From Octopus sinensis (lineage: Eukaryota), in assembly GCF_006345805.1 (NCBI RefSeq), contig NC_043017.1, forward strand, positions 23,870,001 through 23,934,000: a stretch of 64,000 nt of DNA. The letters run 5' to 3'. The notes beneath the pieces are model-generated. The model did not search any database. It saw only the letters and a list, made by a program, of their open reading frames with translations, and was not told the DNA's origin. The translations under genes were made by a program, and so were the position numbers. This document shows positions 1 through 11,799 of the stretch, one piece after another. Numbering within the stretch: position 1 is the stretch's first letter; each line of letters begins with the position of its first letter.

Positions 1-15
1 CATACACATATTATC

Positions 16-89
<74 letters not shown>

Positions 90-110
90 TATGTATACAT
101 AAGCCTATAT
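1..110. repeat. (TA)n/(CA)n microsatellite
   Basis: Directly visible dinucleotide runs. Confidence 0.95.
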
Positions 111-256
111 ATGCATGTATATATCTTTACACACAGACACATACACATACATATACAAATATATACATACACTCACAAATTTGCACGTACTCATCCAAAC
201 GAATATTGAAATTATTACATTAAGTAATAAATAATCCAGCCAAGAGATTATACCCG

Positions 257-289
<33 letters not shown>

Positions 290-675
290 TTCCCTCTCTC
301 TCACTGTCTTTCTCACATGTTAGATTAGCCAGAGCACCAAAATTGATAAGTAAAGGACATATTACTGATTTTGCCAATACTTAACATACATGTAAGTCAG
401 TTAAATTAAACAGTAAGCCACTCTGTTGATTTATCAGACTTTTATCATTTGGTTTAGATTAATCCTAATATGTTTCAATAGCTAAGTAAGGTTAACATAT
501 TTAATACAATTAGCGTGAAGAAGCTAATTAGAAATAAGTATGTGATTGATAAGAAAATATGAGTTTAATGACCAACACAAGCGGAACTATTGTTTTTTCT
601 TTTTTCTTTTTCATGTAAATGGTATCTCTGAGTAATTTTCATCAATCGTTTGTTTTTAATATTTTACAGTTTCAT

Positions 676-893
676 GGTGGTGAGCTGACAGAGATATTAG
701 CATGCAGGGCAAATTGCTTTGTGGCATTTTGTCTGCCCTTATATTCTGGGTTCAAATTCCATCAATGTCAACTTTGCTTTTCATCCTTTCAGAGCCAATA
801 AAATAAGTACCAGTTAAGTATTGGGGTCAATGTAATCGATTTACCCTCTTCCCCAAAGTTGCAGACCTTGTGCCAAAATTTGAAATCAATATT
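676..893 (+). mobile_element. tRNA-derived SINE, family 2 (head GGCGGTGAGCTGGCAGAA)
   Basis: B-box-like GGTTCAAATTCC. The same ~220-bp sequence recurs more than 10 times in the window. Confidence 0.8.
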
Positions 894-1130
894 TTATAGT
901 GTCTTCTGGTTTTATTTGTCCCTTCTAGACAACAGTCACACAGTTAGTTCTCAGATCAGTTGCACCAATCAGCAATGTTTGACTAAATCTGTGATACAAA
1001 AATAGTTAATCACATACAGCATTGGATTAGTGTTTAGTGTTTCCATTAATGACTACATAGTATTTATAGTAGACAGGTTACTGTAAAAGTTAGGAACTAA
1101 AACATGTTATGTATATTTTACAGTTGCTCA

Positions 1131-1518
1131 TTTACTCATTTACTTGTTTCAGTCATTTGACTGCGGCCATACTGGAGCACCGCCTTTAGTCAAGGAAATC
1201 GACCCCGGGACTTATTCTTTGTAAGCCCAGTACTTATTCTATTGGCCTCTTTTGCCGAACCGCTAAGTGACGGGGACGTAAACACACCAGCATCGGTTGT
1301 CAAGCAATGCTAGGGGGACACACACAAACACACACATATATATATACATATATACGACAGGCTTCTTCCAGTTTCCGTCTACCAAATCCACTCACAAGGC
1401 ATTGGTCGGCCCGGGGCTATAGCAGAAGACACCTGCCGAAGGTGCCACGCAGTGGGACTGAACCCGGAACCATGTGGTTGGTTAGCAAGCTACTTACCAC
1501 ACAGCCACTCCTGCGCCT
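1131..1518 (-). mobile_element. Full-length tRNA-derived SINE, family 1 (~390 bp)
   Basis: Minus strand starts AGGCGCAGGAGTGGCTGTGTGG (A-box-like) followed by GGTTCAGTCCC (B-box-like), with an internal (TA/CA)n tract. Closely similar copies at 36151, 42081 and 50241. Confidence 0.9.
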
Positions 1519-1859
1519 TTGTTTAAGAAGTTCAATAAAGTTTATTTAAATGTTGTACTCATCAGATCAAATGATGATATGAAGATTCCAAAGTTAATAT
1601 TTTATCACCCTGAGTGTGTATATATGTATATATGTACACAAATACATAAAAAAAAATACCATTTGTAATAAGACCAGCTCCAACAAAATGCAAAGGAGAA
1701 AATTATTAAACATTGCAATGTCCATACAAAGATGAAAACTATATGTGAAAAATTCAAAAGACAGACCAAAGTAGAATCTTGCAGTTAGAACCCATATAGA
1801 AATAAGTGCTATGTACTTTAAGTTACCTTAACACATTATTGTACCTTTTATAAACCAAT

Positions 1860-2090
1860 GCGGCAAGCAGACAGAAAACTTAGCACGCCGGGTGAAATGC
1901 TTAGTGGTATTTCGTCTGCCGCTACGTTCTGTGTTCAAATTCTGTCGAGGTTGACTTTGCCTTTCATCCTTTCGGGGTCGATAAATTAAGTACCAGTTAC
2001 ATACTGGGGTTGATGTAATTAACTTAATCCCTTTGTCTGTCCTTGTTTGTCCCCTCTATGTCTAGCCCTTTGTGGGCAATAAAGAAATAA
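1860..2090 (+). mobile_element. SINE family 2 copy
   Basis: Similar to 676-893 and to 49490-49726 (reverse). Confidence 0.8.
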
Positions 2091-2575
2091 CAAACCAATA
2101 AGGGAGCCTGTATACTGATGATTAACCTGCTATAAATGGTAGCCAAATCTCATTTGTATTCTTAGGTATACTAAATGGCATTCATGGGGTAATGCCATTG
2201 ATCAAGGGCCTACTTGACCAGAATTGACTTGGGACTAGACAACAACAAAAATAGTTGTTGATAAAATTTGTTATTCCATCAGATATAAACATTTAACCAC
2301 TCCTGGGTACCCTGGAAGATTTATCTCAGTAACCTTCATCAGAAAGAATTAAAACTCAGCACTTGAAGCCAATGAATATCTCATCTGTTTTATTTGTTGT
2401 ATGAATTATTTGAATAAGTCACAAAGAATTAACTACAGTCTTAATTCAAGAAGTAATGTGTTTGAAGTGAATAGATTACAACTTTGTAAACAAAACTACT
2501 TGAATATTTGCCTTTCAATTAGGGAACTGGACTTTCTTCCCTAGAAGAATATTCTTCTTTAATGCAAATATCACA

Positions 2576-2760
2576 ACACCATGCCAGTGACATGTAAAAA
2601 GCACCCATTACAGTCTTGGAGTGATTGATGTTAGGAAAGGTGTCTAGCTGTAGAAATCATGCCAAATCAGACTGGAACCTGGTACAGCTCTTTGGCTTAC
2701 CAGCTTCAGTCAGACCGTCTAACCCATACCAGCATGGAAAGCAAATGTTAAATGATGATC
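2576..2760 (+). mobile_element. RTE LINE 3' UTR fragment with (GAT)n tail
   Basis: Matches the 3' ends at 26070-26320 and 46850-47065. Confidence 0.7.
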
Positions 2761-3304
2761 TCATTGTCTACCCCTAACCACAGGAAAATAAATTAATCTT
2801 ATTTTCTTTTCTCACTTATTCTTGCAGGTGCCGGAAGATGCACTGGGATGCCATAAGATGCGGCTGGACACACCACGAAAGTAATAAAATCTCTTATTAT
2901 AAAAGGCAGATTTTATCTGCCTCCCTTTGGGAGTTATACAAATCTACAATATAGGATTTCTTCAATTACAATTTACCTAGCAGTTTTAAGAGTACAATGC
3001 ATCACGTCATGCCAGGTCCAGTTTTTAAAATTTAAACTCCAATTAAGCAAAATTTACAGAAAACTCACATTCTGGTGTGTGTGTCAAATGCTTTTCTTAG
3101 TCTGGTTTACACCACACGCAAACGCACACACACAGTGGGCAACGAATAAAATGAAAGTAAATAGCGACACAGTGATTTGAGGAAGATTAAAGTGAAAGTA
3201 TTCTGTCTATGACGCTGATAGATACATGAGTAAAATGTATGGGAAGCTAAGAGCTAAGAGTGAGTGAAAATGTTCTTGGAAGAGAGTAATTAGTAATAAA
3301 GTAA

Positions 3305-3602
3305 ACATACACTCATACATACATACATACATACATACATAAATACATACACACACACACACACACACACATACACACACACACATACATACATACACAC
3401 ATACACACACACATACATACATACACACATACATACATACATACATATACATACATACATACATATACATACATACATACACACACACACATGCACACAC
3501 ACACAGTATTGAAGCTTGAGAACAATCAGATACATTTGCAACACATCTGTTGAAAATATTATTGTTCACACACATACATACATACATACATACATACACA
3601 CA

Positions 3603-3640
<38 letters not shown>
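3305..3640. repeat. (CATA)n/(CA)n compound microsatellite
   Basis: Directly visible. It produces the spurious CV/MY-rich ORFs. Confidence 0.95.
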
Positions 3641-3685
3641 ATCCAGCATGGCCACAACCTCAAGGCTGAAACATAAAAGAATAAC

Positions 3686-4066
3686 AGAATATAAATGTAT
3701 GCAAAGTACAAGAAATATTAATGCAGTATATGGGGATTGGACAATAAGCGTAAGGCAGTGTCAATGGTGGTTCCAGAAATCCCGAGCCATAAACTACAGC
3801 CTAGAAGACGAGCCTCATCCTGAAAGATCTGTAGAACTCGACAAGGACATCCTGAAAACCCTGGTGGAACAAAATATCATCGTAACTGTTGAGGAACTAG
3901 CAGAGAAGCTTGGATTTGGTCATTCAACCATTCATTGACACCTGTGTGCTATCGGAAAAGTCAGCAAATTGGGTCAATGGGTTCCTCACGAACTTTCCGA
4001 GTCTAATTGCATGCAGAGAGTGAATGTATGCTTTTCTTTGCTGTCATATCTCACCACTACTGCGCT
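3686..4066 (+). pseudogene. Mariner transposase fragment (N-terminal HTH plus linker)
   Basis: ORF 3648-3938 reads ...QCQWWFQKSRAINYSLEDEPHPERS...VTVEELAEKLGFGHSTIH*. The same frame continues past the stop to GKVSKLGQWVPHEL (3978-3995), the mariner WVPHEL motif. Confidence 0.9.
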
Positions 4067-4073
4067 ATGTATA

Positions 4074-4710
4074 TCTATATATATAAAACTGTAGTTGTGT
4101 GAGTGTCTGTCCCCTTCGATTTAGATTCCTAACTACTCCCACATTTTGCGGTACAGTTTAACCAAATTCGGGTAGCTTATAGTCATGATTCATATCGAGC
4201 CCATCTGAATATTAGCGCGCGTCTACGATGAGTCTACGATTTTAAAAATAATTTAACATCATTTTTTATTCCATTTTAATGCATAATTTTTCGTGTGTCG
4301 ATGGCGGCGGAGTTGGCGTCCACGCTCACACCTGCACCTGTGGGGAAGGGAGTGTAAGGAAATCAACGTCGTAATGCGTTGTCAAGGAGACCAGTGTTCT
4401 TTTAGAACAACGACTTCATGGCTTGAAGACACCAAAACAGAAATGGCTAAGAAAGCGTCTACATGAGTCTACGATTTAAAAAAAAATTTACCATCGTTTT
4501 TTTCCCATTTTAATGCATTTTTTCGCTATTATATAAGGGAAGTAACTCTCTAAAAATGTCTATGATGAGTCAACGATTTAAAAAAAAATTTACCATCATA
4601 TTTTTTCCATTTTTAATGCATTTTTTGCTATTTTTTGGCTATAACTCTCTAAAAATGCTTATATAGTTATTTCCCTTACAAACCCGAGCAACGCCGGGCG
4701 ATACTGCTAG
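4074..4710 (+). mobile_element. Non-autonomous Helitron, 637 bp
   Basis: 5' TC(TATATATATAAAA), 3' CTAG, insertion between A4073 and T4711 with no TSD, subterminal hairpin CCCGAGCAACGCCGGG (4683-4698), and three internal ~100-bp subrepeats. Confidence 0.9.
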
Positions 4711-5310
4711 TTACATTATAAAAATGAGAAAAATACAAACTGAAACTCTAAATATAAAATCTTGTTAATTATGCATTCTTTATTGACTAAAGAAAGTATT
4801 TAATCATTTCATCTAGTTTAAATTATATTTGAAAGCTATAATATATAATACCATTTTTCTAACATATTTTCTTTACCTACAAAGTGTACCAAAATATCTT
4901 TTTACTTGCTCTAAAGTAAGCCATGAGTAAAAAAAGAAAGTTTTGAGAACCACTTTGGTAGAAACTAGAATAAAATAATGATAGGTCAGTCAGCTAAAAT
5001 GGGGAACAAAATGATAAACTTTTTGAAAACTTCAGATTTAAGGAAACACTACAATGTGGTGTAGTGGGAAGATACAGAAAATCATGAAGCAGAAAGATAA
5101 AAATTCAAATATTTTTATTTGTCATAATGAGAGATAAATTGCTCCTTGACATTAAGAAAGAATTGGTAGAGTTCAGATATATTTTCATTGAAAATATTAT
5201 GCATGGAGACATCTTAATTACTCATAGGGACACCTTATTTCATTATGCAACCATAATATACTTACAAAGTCTATTAAACGTTTTTATTTATAAGTCAATA
5301 CTGTGTTCTA

Positions 5311-5581
5311 TGAAAGCGGCAAGCTGGCAGAAACATTAGCACACTGGGTGAAATGCTTAGCAGTATTTCATCTGACTTTACATTCTGAGTTCAAATCCCG
5401 CTGAGGTCAACTTTGCCATTCATCCTTTCGGGGGTTGATAAATTAAGTACCAGTGAAACACTGGAGTCAATGTAATTGACTAGTTCCCCCCTCCCTCAAA
5501 GTACTAGTAGCATACTGGGGTCGATCTAATCGACTGGCTCCCTCCCCAAAAATTTGAGGCTTTGTGCTTAGAGTAGAAAAG
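5311..5581 (+). mobile_element. SINE family 2 copy with 14-bp TSD
   Basis: AATACTGTGTTCTA at 5297-5310 and 5582-5595 flanks the copy. Confidence 0.85.
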
Positions 5582-6036
5582 AATACTGTGTTCTACGCCC
5601 ATTATCCATTTTTCATCTTCAATCTCATTTTTGTTTATATTAGGCGTCTCAGATATGAAACATCATAACAAAATCAGTGCTGGCTATAATTTCTCCAAAA
5701 AGTTTGTAGAGATAACTTTAACAAGTGATGGAAATATCTATATCTTTAATAATTATCATTTGCAACTGTTAAATTTTGGGGCTGATCTCATTGCATGGTA
5801 CCTTGGGCAAGTGCTTCTACCATAACTATGGATTAACTAAAGCATTGTAAGTAAAATTTAGAAGACACATTCTACCCCACAAGGACAATGACATTTTTTT
5901 AAGTGCAATTAACCTCAATAAGAAGGAAGGTGCAAAGTCATCAGTGATATGAACAAAAATAACAAATACTACGTGAATTAAGTAATCGTCAAAAAATATA
6001 TCACACAAACAAATTAATGAACATGATACAACTCAC

Positions 6037-6184
6037 TTCCACTAATTTCCTCCTGACAAGATCAGCATCTTCGTTACTATCTAACTCAGAGTTAACATCA
6101 AATTTAGTTTCTGCTTCTGAAAGGACATTTTGTTCACCAGTGATGCGCATATAGCTATGCTTCTCTTGACTGCACTGCATGATT
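6037..6184 (-). CDS. Probable internal coding exon (148 nt, phase 2 to 0), likely the N-terminal linker of the KCNH gene: IMQCSQEKHSYMRITGEQNVLSEAETKFDVNSELDSNEDADLVRRKLVE
   Basis: Branch site CACTAAC (plus 6200-6206), acceptor ctctctcttcag, donor GAA|gtgagt, and a single open frame. No homology recognised, so assignment to the channel rests on strand and position. Confidence 0.55.
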
Positions 6185-6726
6185 CTGAAGAGAGAGCTAG
6201 TTAGTGACTACAAATGGACACCACTGGCTACCTTAGTACTAAATCTCAGAAATTACAGGTAGTCTTTTTTTTTATGCTTCATTTTGTTGTTTCTTTTAAT
6301 CAGGTACATGAAAGCTTGCCAAAATCAATAGATAAATTCTTCCAAGTTTATAATGATTTGGGGGTTTAAGAAGTGTTTATCATTCCTCTTAATTTGTCAC
6401 TTCTAATTTATTTGTAATGTTTATCCCTCCAATGCACAGTTTTGGCTAATATTAAAGGAAAAGATTTGCTTGTTTTTCTCCACAGAATTATGGTCACACA
6501 CACTAACATGTGCATTCATATCCTGATAGAATCAAAACGTTTCTATATGCACACTGATACGTATATATATATAAACAGTAGCAGTACAGAATCATAACAT
6601 ATATTTGCCAACTAAGTGTGGCATCCTGTACAGGACAGTGTTACAGTTATTCATAGCCACTGGAAGACATCTCCTTCAGCTGGCTAACGACTCAGTCTGT
6701 GTCTGGTTAGTATTGGCGAGGGGAGG

Positions 6727-6798
<72 letters not shown>

Positions 6799-7043
6799 AT
6801 AATATAAATATATGCATATTTATTTATCTATAAATATATATATGCATATATATTTATATACTTATATACAGTAAAAACAAATACACATTATGTCTTGAGA
6901 TTCTACATATCATCAAATAACAAAAGTGCAGATCAGGCTGAGTGGTTAAGAAGTTTACTTTGCAAGTATGTAGTTTTGGTTCAGTTCCAGGGTATGACCA
7001 GCATCTTGGTCTACCAACAATTTTGGGAAGGGGAGGAAATGAA

Positions 7044-7583
7044 CTAGATGCAGCTTCGGCGGCCGGGGGTGTTTGTCTCCCCTTCGTAAATGTATATAAG
7101 GACACAGGGAAAAATGTGTCAAAGCCATCAGGAGGCGTTCGATGCTTCCTAGGGCTATACAGCGGTGGTGTACCCCCCTACTGTCACGTTCGTGTTAGAT
7201 TGACAGTATACAACCATTCTATCGCCCCCACCACCGTACATGTCTCTACGAGAGATTTAGAAATTCAGTATTTCTTATTTTGATAATCAGTGAATAGACT
7301 TCACTGAATTATAGATATATACAATTACGAAGTTGAGACAAATATCACCAGCTGACCGGTGTCTGCTACTCTAGGCCGATGACGGACAATGATCCTGAAA
7401 CACGTGTCCCTAGATGCAGCTTTGGCGGCCGGGGGTGTTTGTCTCCCCTTCGTAATGTATATAAGGACACAGGGAAAAATGTGTCAAAGCCATCAGGAGG
7501 CGTTTGATGCTCCTAGGGCTATACAGCGGTGGTATACCCCCCTACTGTCATGTTCGTGTTAGATTGACAGTATACAACCATTC

Positions 7584-7586
<3 letters not shown>
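7044..7586 (+). mobile_element. Retrozyme-like / Penelope-derived tandem element: 366-nt monomer plus a partial second monomer
   Basis: A ~178-bp direct repeat (7044-7222 and 7410-7586, few differences) with a hammerhead motif at the monomer junction. Confidence 0.75.
7363..7419 (+). ncRNA. Minimal type I hammerhead ribozyme (variant core CCGAUGA), predicted cleavage after GUC at 7408
   Basis: Stem I TCTAGG (7370-75) / CCTAGA (7409-14), extended by CTGC/GCAG. Core C(C)GATGA at 7376-82, stem II GGA/TCC, GAAA at 7397-7400, palindromic loopless stem III ACACGTGT, then C7408. Confidence 0.75.
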
Positions 7587-7628
<42 letters not shown>

Positions 7629-9899
7629 ATATATATAATATAAATAATATATAAATATATGCATATATATTTATATATAAATATATATATGCATATAAAT
7701 TTATATACTTATATAGAGTAAAAACAAACGGTGAGGGCTGTTCAGCCAAGACAATAGAAAAATTATTATGAACGCTAGGAAGATGAACTTATGAAAGGAG
7801 ACAGGTATGAGCATGTGTTGTCTTTAGCAAGGAAATGGGCAGAAAGATAGATTCCCTTTCGCCATGTATCAGGAATGAGAGAGTCAAGGAGGAAGAGTGA
7901 GAGAGAGGGAACGGTGAAGAGGAGAGGAGAAGAATAGCGAAGGTGGGAGAGAAAACCAGAAAGGATGAAGAGCAAGAGAGGGAGAGAGATAGACAGAGAA
8001 GATATATATACACATACACGCACACATATACACACTAATATTGGACAGTGAGAATGAGTGCTCAAAACCACATTGGTGGATAAATATTCTTTATTTGTTG
8101 GTTAATAAGGCTACTATTAGTTTCATGCCAAGTGATCAAGATGATCGATGTATCTCATTTACAATGTTTGCCCTATATTCTAGTGGGAATATGAAAACCT
8201 GGCTAAACTTCATGAAAGGCCTAGTGAGGATTAACATCTATTATTTTCAGAGATGAGGTACAAATGGTGGGGAGGGGGGCACAAGTGATCTATTATTGTT
8301 AGGAGTATAGGGCAGGTGAATTTGGTGTAGAAATGTGGTACACGTGAATTTGGTATTGCTAGGTGAGATATGAGTGATATTTGTCATTAATGGTTATATG
8401 GTGCTGATGAATTTGTTACTGCAGGGAACATAAGATAGCTGAATCTATTATAGCCAGGTGTGTGGTTATAAGTGAATCTGGTAACTCGAGGAGTATGTCA
8501 AGTGACGGAATTATAGTGCAAATGATCAGCTATTGTTGGTAAGCTTCCATGTCAAAAGCTGTTGACCCAGCTTTTGACATGGAAGCTGTGTAGAGCCCTT
8601 TGTCTTGCCACAATGTCAAAAGCATTCAACCCATGCCACCAGCAAGGAAAACAAATGTTATATGATGATGATGTCTAGCTCACATGTGGAACATGTTTCT
8701 AACTGAAAGTGTATCAACAGTTTTTTTCTAACCCAAAGTCAGCAACAGTGATGGTATATATTTAAGGTATTAGGAAGTAGTTCAAGAACACTGTCAGAGA
8801 GGGCGAAGGAAAGATGGGGGATTAAATAGGAAGGGAATGAAAGAGAATAGGAGTGAAAAGAGAGAGATAGTAGCAGCAACAGAGAAAAAGATGAGAGCAT
8901 AAACTAAAAAGTTGTGAGACAGACAGACAGAGAGTGCATGTGTAGATATGAAAGTATGTGCGTATATGTGGAAAGAGAAAGAAGAGAAGAAAGAAGTAAG
9001 GTATCTAGCATTATCAGGTAGAGATTATGTACTCAGAAGGAGGAAAAAGTAAAATATAAAATCGAGGCAAATGACTGGTTGGATTAGCGAGAGAAACACA
9101 CAGAGGGCAGACAAACTAAATAATAAATCAATGGAAAATGTCAGTTCATCAACATTCACTGAATAATTATTTTTGCTGTGGTGTGGTGGAAATAATTACT
9201 GACTTGCATCTTTAGTCATGTCACTTTACATTCTGTACTCAAACCCCACCTAGTGTGTTTCTAGAGTCAATAAAATAACATAAGTATCAATAACACTCTT
9301 TTCTCTTTTACTTGTTTCAGTCATTTGACTGTGGCCATGCTGGAACACCACCTCTTAGTCGAGCAAATCAACCCCAGGATTTATTCTTTGTAAGCCTGGT
9401 ACTTATTCTATCGGTCTCTTTTGCCAAACCGCTAAGTTACGTGTAACAATTTTTTTTCTCTTTGGTCAGTAACTGTTATTTCCTATTTGCTTCTAATTAG
9501 AAATCAAAGGAATTGATAACTATTCCCTTCAAACTTTGCTTTTCTGATCAGGGCATCAATGTTTTGAAACTGACCTATTTGTCATTACATCTCAGACAGA
9601 TTCAGCACTGAGTTGCTGGAGAAGAAATACTGTTATAGCAAATTTTCTGTTCAATACTAACTTCTATTCTTCATATCAACCAGGGCTTTTTCACAGATTT
9701 AACTAAGATTTTGTGCCTCCTCTTAGTAATTAGCACTTTGGTCTTTCCAATTTTAGACTAAATTAAGATGGCAGCTTAAGAACTACTGCTGCAACACTTC
9801 AACAAACAAAGTTATCTATATGGAAAACCCTTTCCAAAACAAATGGTTCTGAAATCTTGTGTTATATTTTCAAGTATTCTAATAGATAAAAGAGGACTG

Positions 9900-10680
9900 G
9901 TGACAGATTCCTGATGCAAACTTTCTGTGTCCTAAATTCCTCATGAAACTGATTAACAAAACCCATTTACATGGCTTGCATGGGTCTGGCAAGCCATTCA
10001 TCAACACCAAGCCTCTTTTGTTTTCCTAGACTACATAATGAGGATCCTTCATTATGTCAAAGGTTTTCTCCAGATCAAAAGTACAAACTAGAGTGGTTTA
10101 ATTGTTCATGAGAACTTTGCTTGCAGATGTCTCCCTAGAAATGAGGAATCTGAAGCTCCATGCCTTGGTACAAAGTTAAACTGTCTCTTATCTAGCTAAC
10201 CCTATCCTGAATTAACCTTGCTAAACCTCTGATGTTATCTACACAACTTCATAAAGCAGTCCTTTTGCATTAATCCAACTTGTGGTGCATAAACAGAGAT
10301 CAGAAATGCTGAGATGCTACCATATTGCCTTTATTAGTCTGATCTTGTGAACTGAGTTGTAAATTGACAGTATCAAATTGACTCGGAAATGAGAGCCTGT
10401 CTGATTTACAATCAGCACAACACAGAGGAAACCAGAGAATTTTGGCAAGCTGATAGCTGATTTATTCTATCACTTCAATCCATCAATCCATTGTGAAGAG
10501 GATTTGTACAATGCCTTTTACTGTGAAATATTTGACTGAAAATTTTTTCCATCTCACTTCTTGTATACAACATACTTCTACTTATATCCACTCTAACACC
10601 TCAACAATCTCACCCATGCAAATATTTCATCATACCAACACTGATAGTGGTAGACCTAGACTTAATAATCTGTAAAGAAA
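9900..10680 (-). mobile_element. Decayed, internally deleted RTE LINE
   Basis: Minus-strand remnants GEIVEVLE..VEVCCIQEVRW (endonuclease, ~10550-10630) and DLEKTFD...LGVDEWL (RT, ~9980-10075). Confidence 0.7.
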
Positions 10681-10912
10681 CCTATTGCTGATGAGGTGAG
10701 ATTGCTTCAGGGTGATCAAGTGTGCCCATACTTGACAATATCATACAGCTGACATGACAAGTGTTAATCTTTTGAATGCAGTTGGTGTTAAATTAATGGG
10801 CTCTACTGCATGGTTAACTGGCAGGTAGTTTGCAACTAGATATTCTTCCTATAGTCAACCACTGACATAGTGGTTAGGGTACATTTATAGGGTAACCAAT
10901 ACTAAACAACTA

Positions 10913-11140
10913 GAGGCATGTGGCTTAGTGGTTGGGGTGTTGGATTTGTGATTGTAAGACTGTGGTTTCAGTTCCTGGATCGAGTGAGGTATTGTGTTCT
11001 TGAGCAAAACACTTCATTTTACATTGCTCCAGAAGTAAGTAATCCTGTGATGGACCAGTGTTCTATCCAGGGGGTAATATACATACCACAGATACTGGGA
11101 ATCCAGCTCTATGAGTCTATATGACTCAGGAGGGATCTTT
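10913..11140 (+). mobile_element. tRNA-derived SINE, family 3
   Basis: Head GGCATGTGGCTTAGTGGTT and body TGTGTTCTTGAGCAAAACAC. Reverse copies at about 18330-18580 and 59550-59640. Confidence 0.65.
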
Positions 11141-11799
11141 ATCCTAATACTAAACAGGCTGTCTTTTTTTAAATGTATTTTTATCTTATTACTTAGTCAA
11201 AGGAGGAAGAGACCATGCCCATGACCCCAGCAGAGCCTCCAAGGCTGGTAAGCAGAAGGACAGAGAAGAAATCATGACTCATGAATTATTAGAGAAAGAA
11301 GCAGTAATTCAAGATATTGAATTGTTCTCAGACTGGAGACCTATTCCATAACTTTTTTAAGGTTAGGATGCAGTAACAAACCAGACAACAATTAAGTTTA
11401 CAGTCAAGAACAGATAAGATCTGACAAGTTACCACAGTTTCCATCTACCTAATTTCATTCACAAAGTTTAAGTTAAGCAGAGCCCATTTTTGGAGACACT
11501 TGCTTCAGACGCCGTATACAGGATGGAACTGGGAACTAAAAGACTGTGAAGTGAACTTATTGTCTATGTGGTCATATCAATGCCCATCTTGAATGGCCTT
11601 CTTCAACTGCATCAGTTCAACTTCAGAAAACTTGCTCTCCTAAAGACTTTGCCTTTCCAGTGAATTTCATATTAGTTTCTTTGGAATTATCTAAAATAAA
11701 ATATTTTTTATTAGTAACTGAGATGGTGGAGAACAAAAATAACTGGCAAATGAACATATCAAGTGTGTGTATGTGCTTGTGCATGTGTGTATGTGACAG

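Noticed and set aside
5826-6008. Minus ORF ...APSFLLRLIALKKMSLSLWGRMCLLNFTYNALVNP* resembling the KCNH S1 segment
   Set aside because: Its C-terminal half is the reverse complement of a decayed family-1 SINE (5790-5870), it ends in a stop, and it lacks convincing splice sites. The spacing match is coincidental.
7044-7586. CRISPR-like or LTR interpretation of the direct repeats
   Set aside because: There are only two long repeats in a eukaryotic context, with no cas genes and no TG..CA ends, PBS or PPT.
10605-10672. Phase 0-to-2 exon candidate IIKSRSTTISVGMMKYLH
   Set aside because: The sequence continues as GEIVEVLE..VCCIQEVRW, the endonuclease start of a decayed RTE.
11623-11690. Minus-strand acceptor followed by DNSKETNMKFTGKAKSLGEQVF*
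   Set aside because: No good donor before the stop and no homology. It cannot be supported as an exon.
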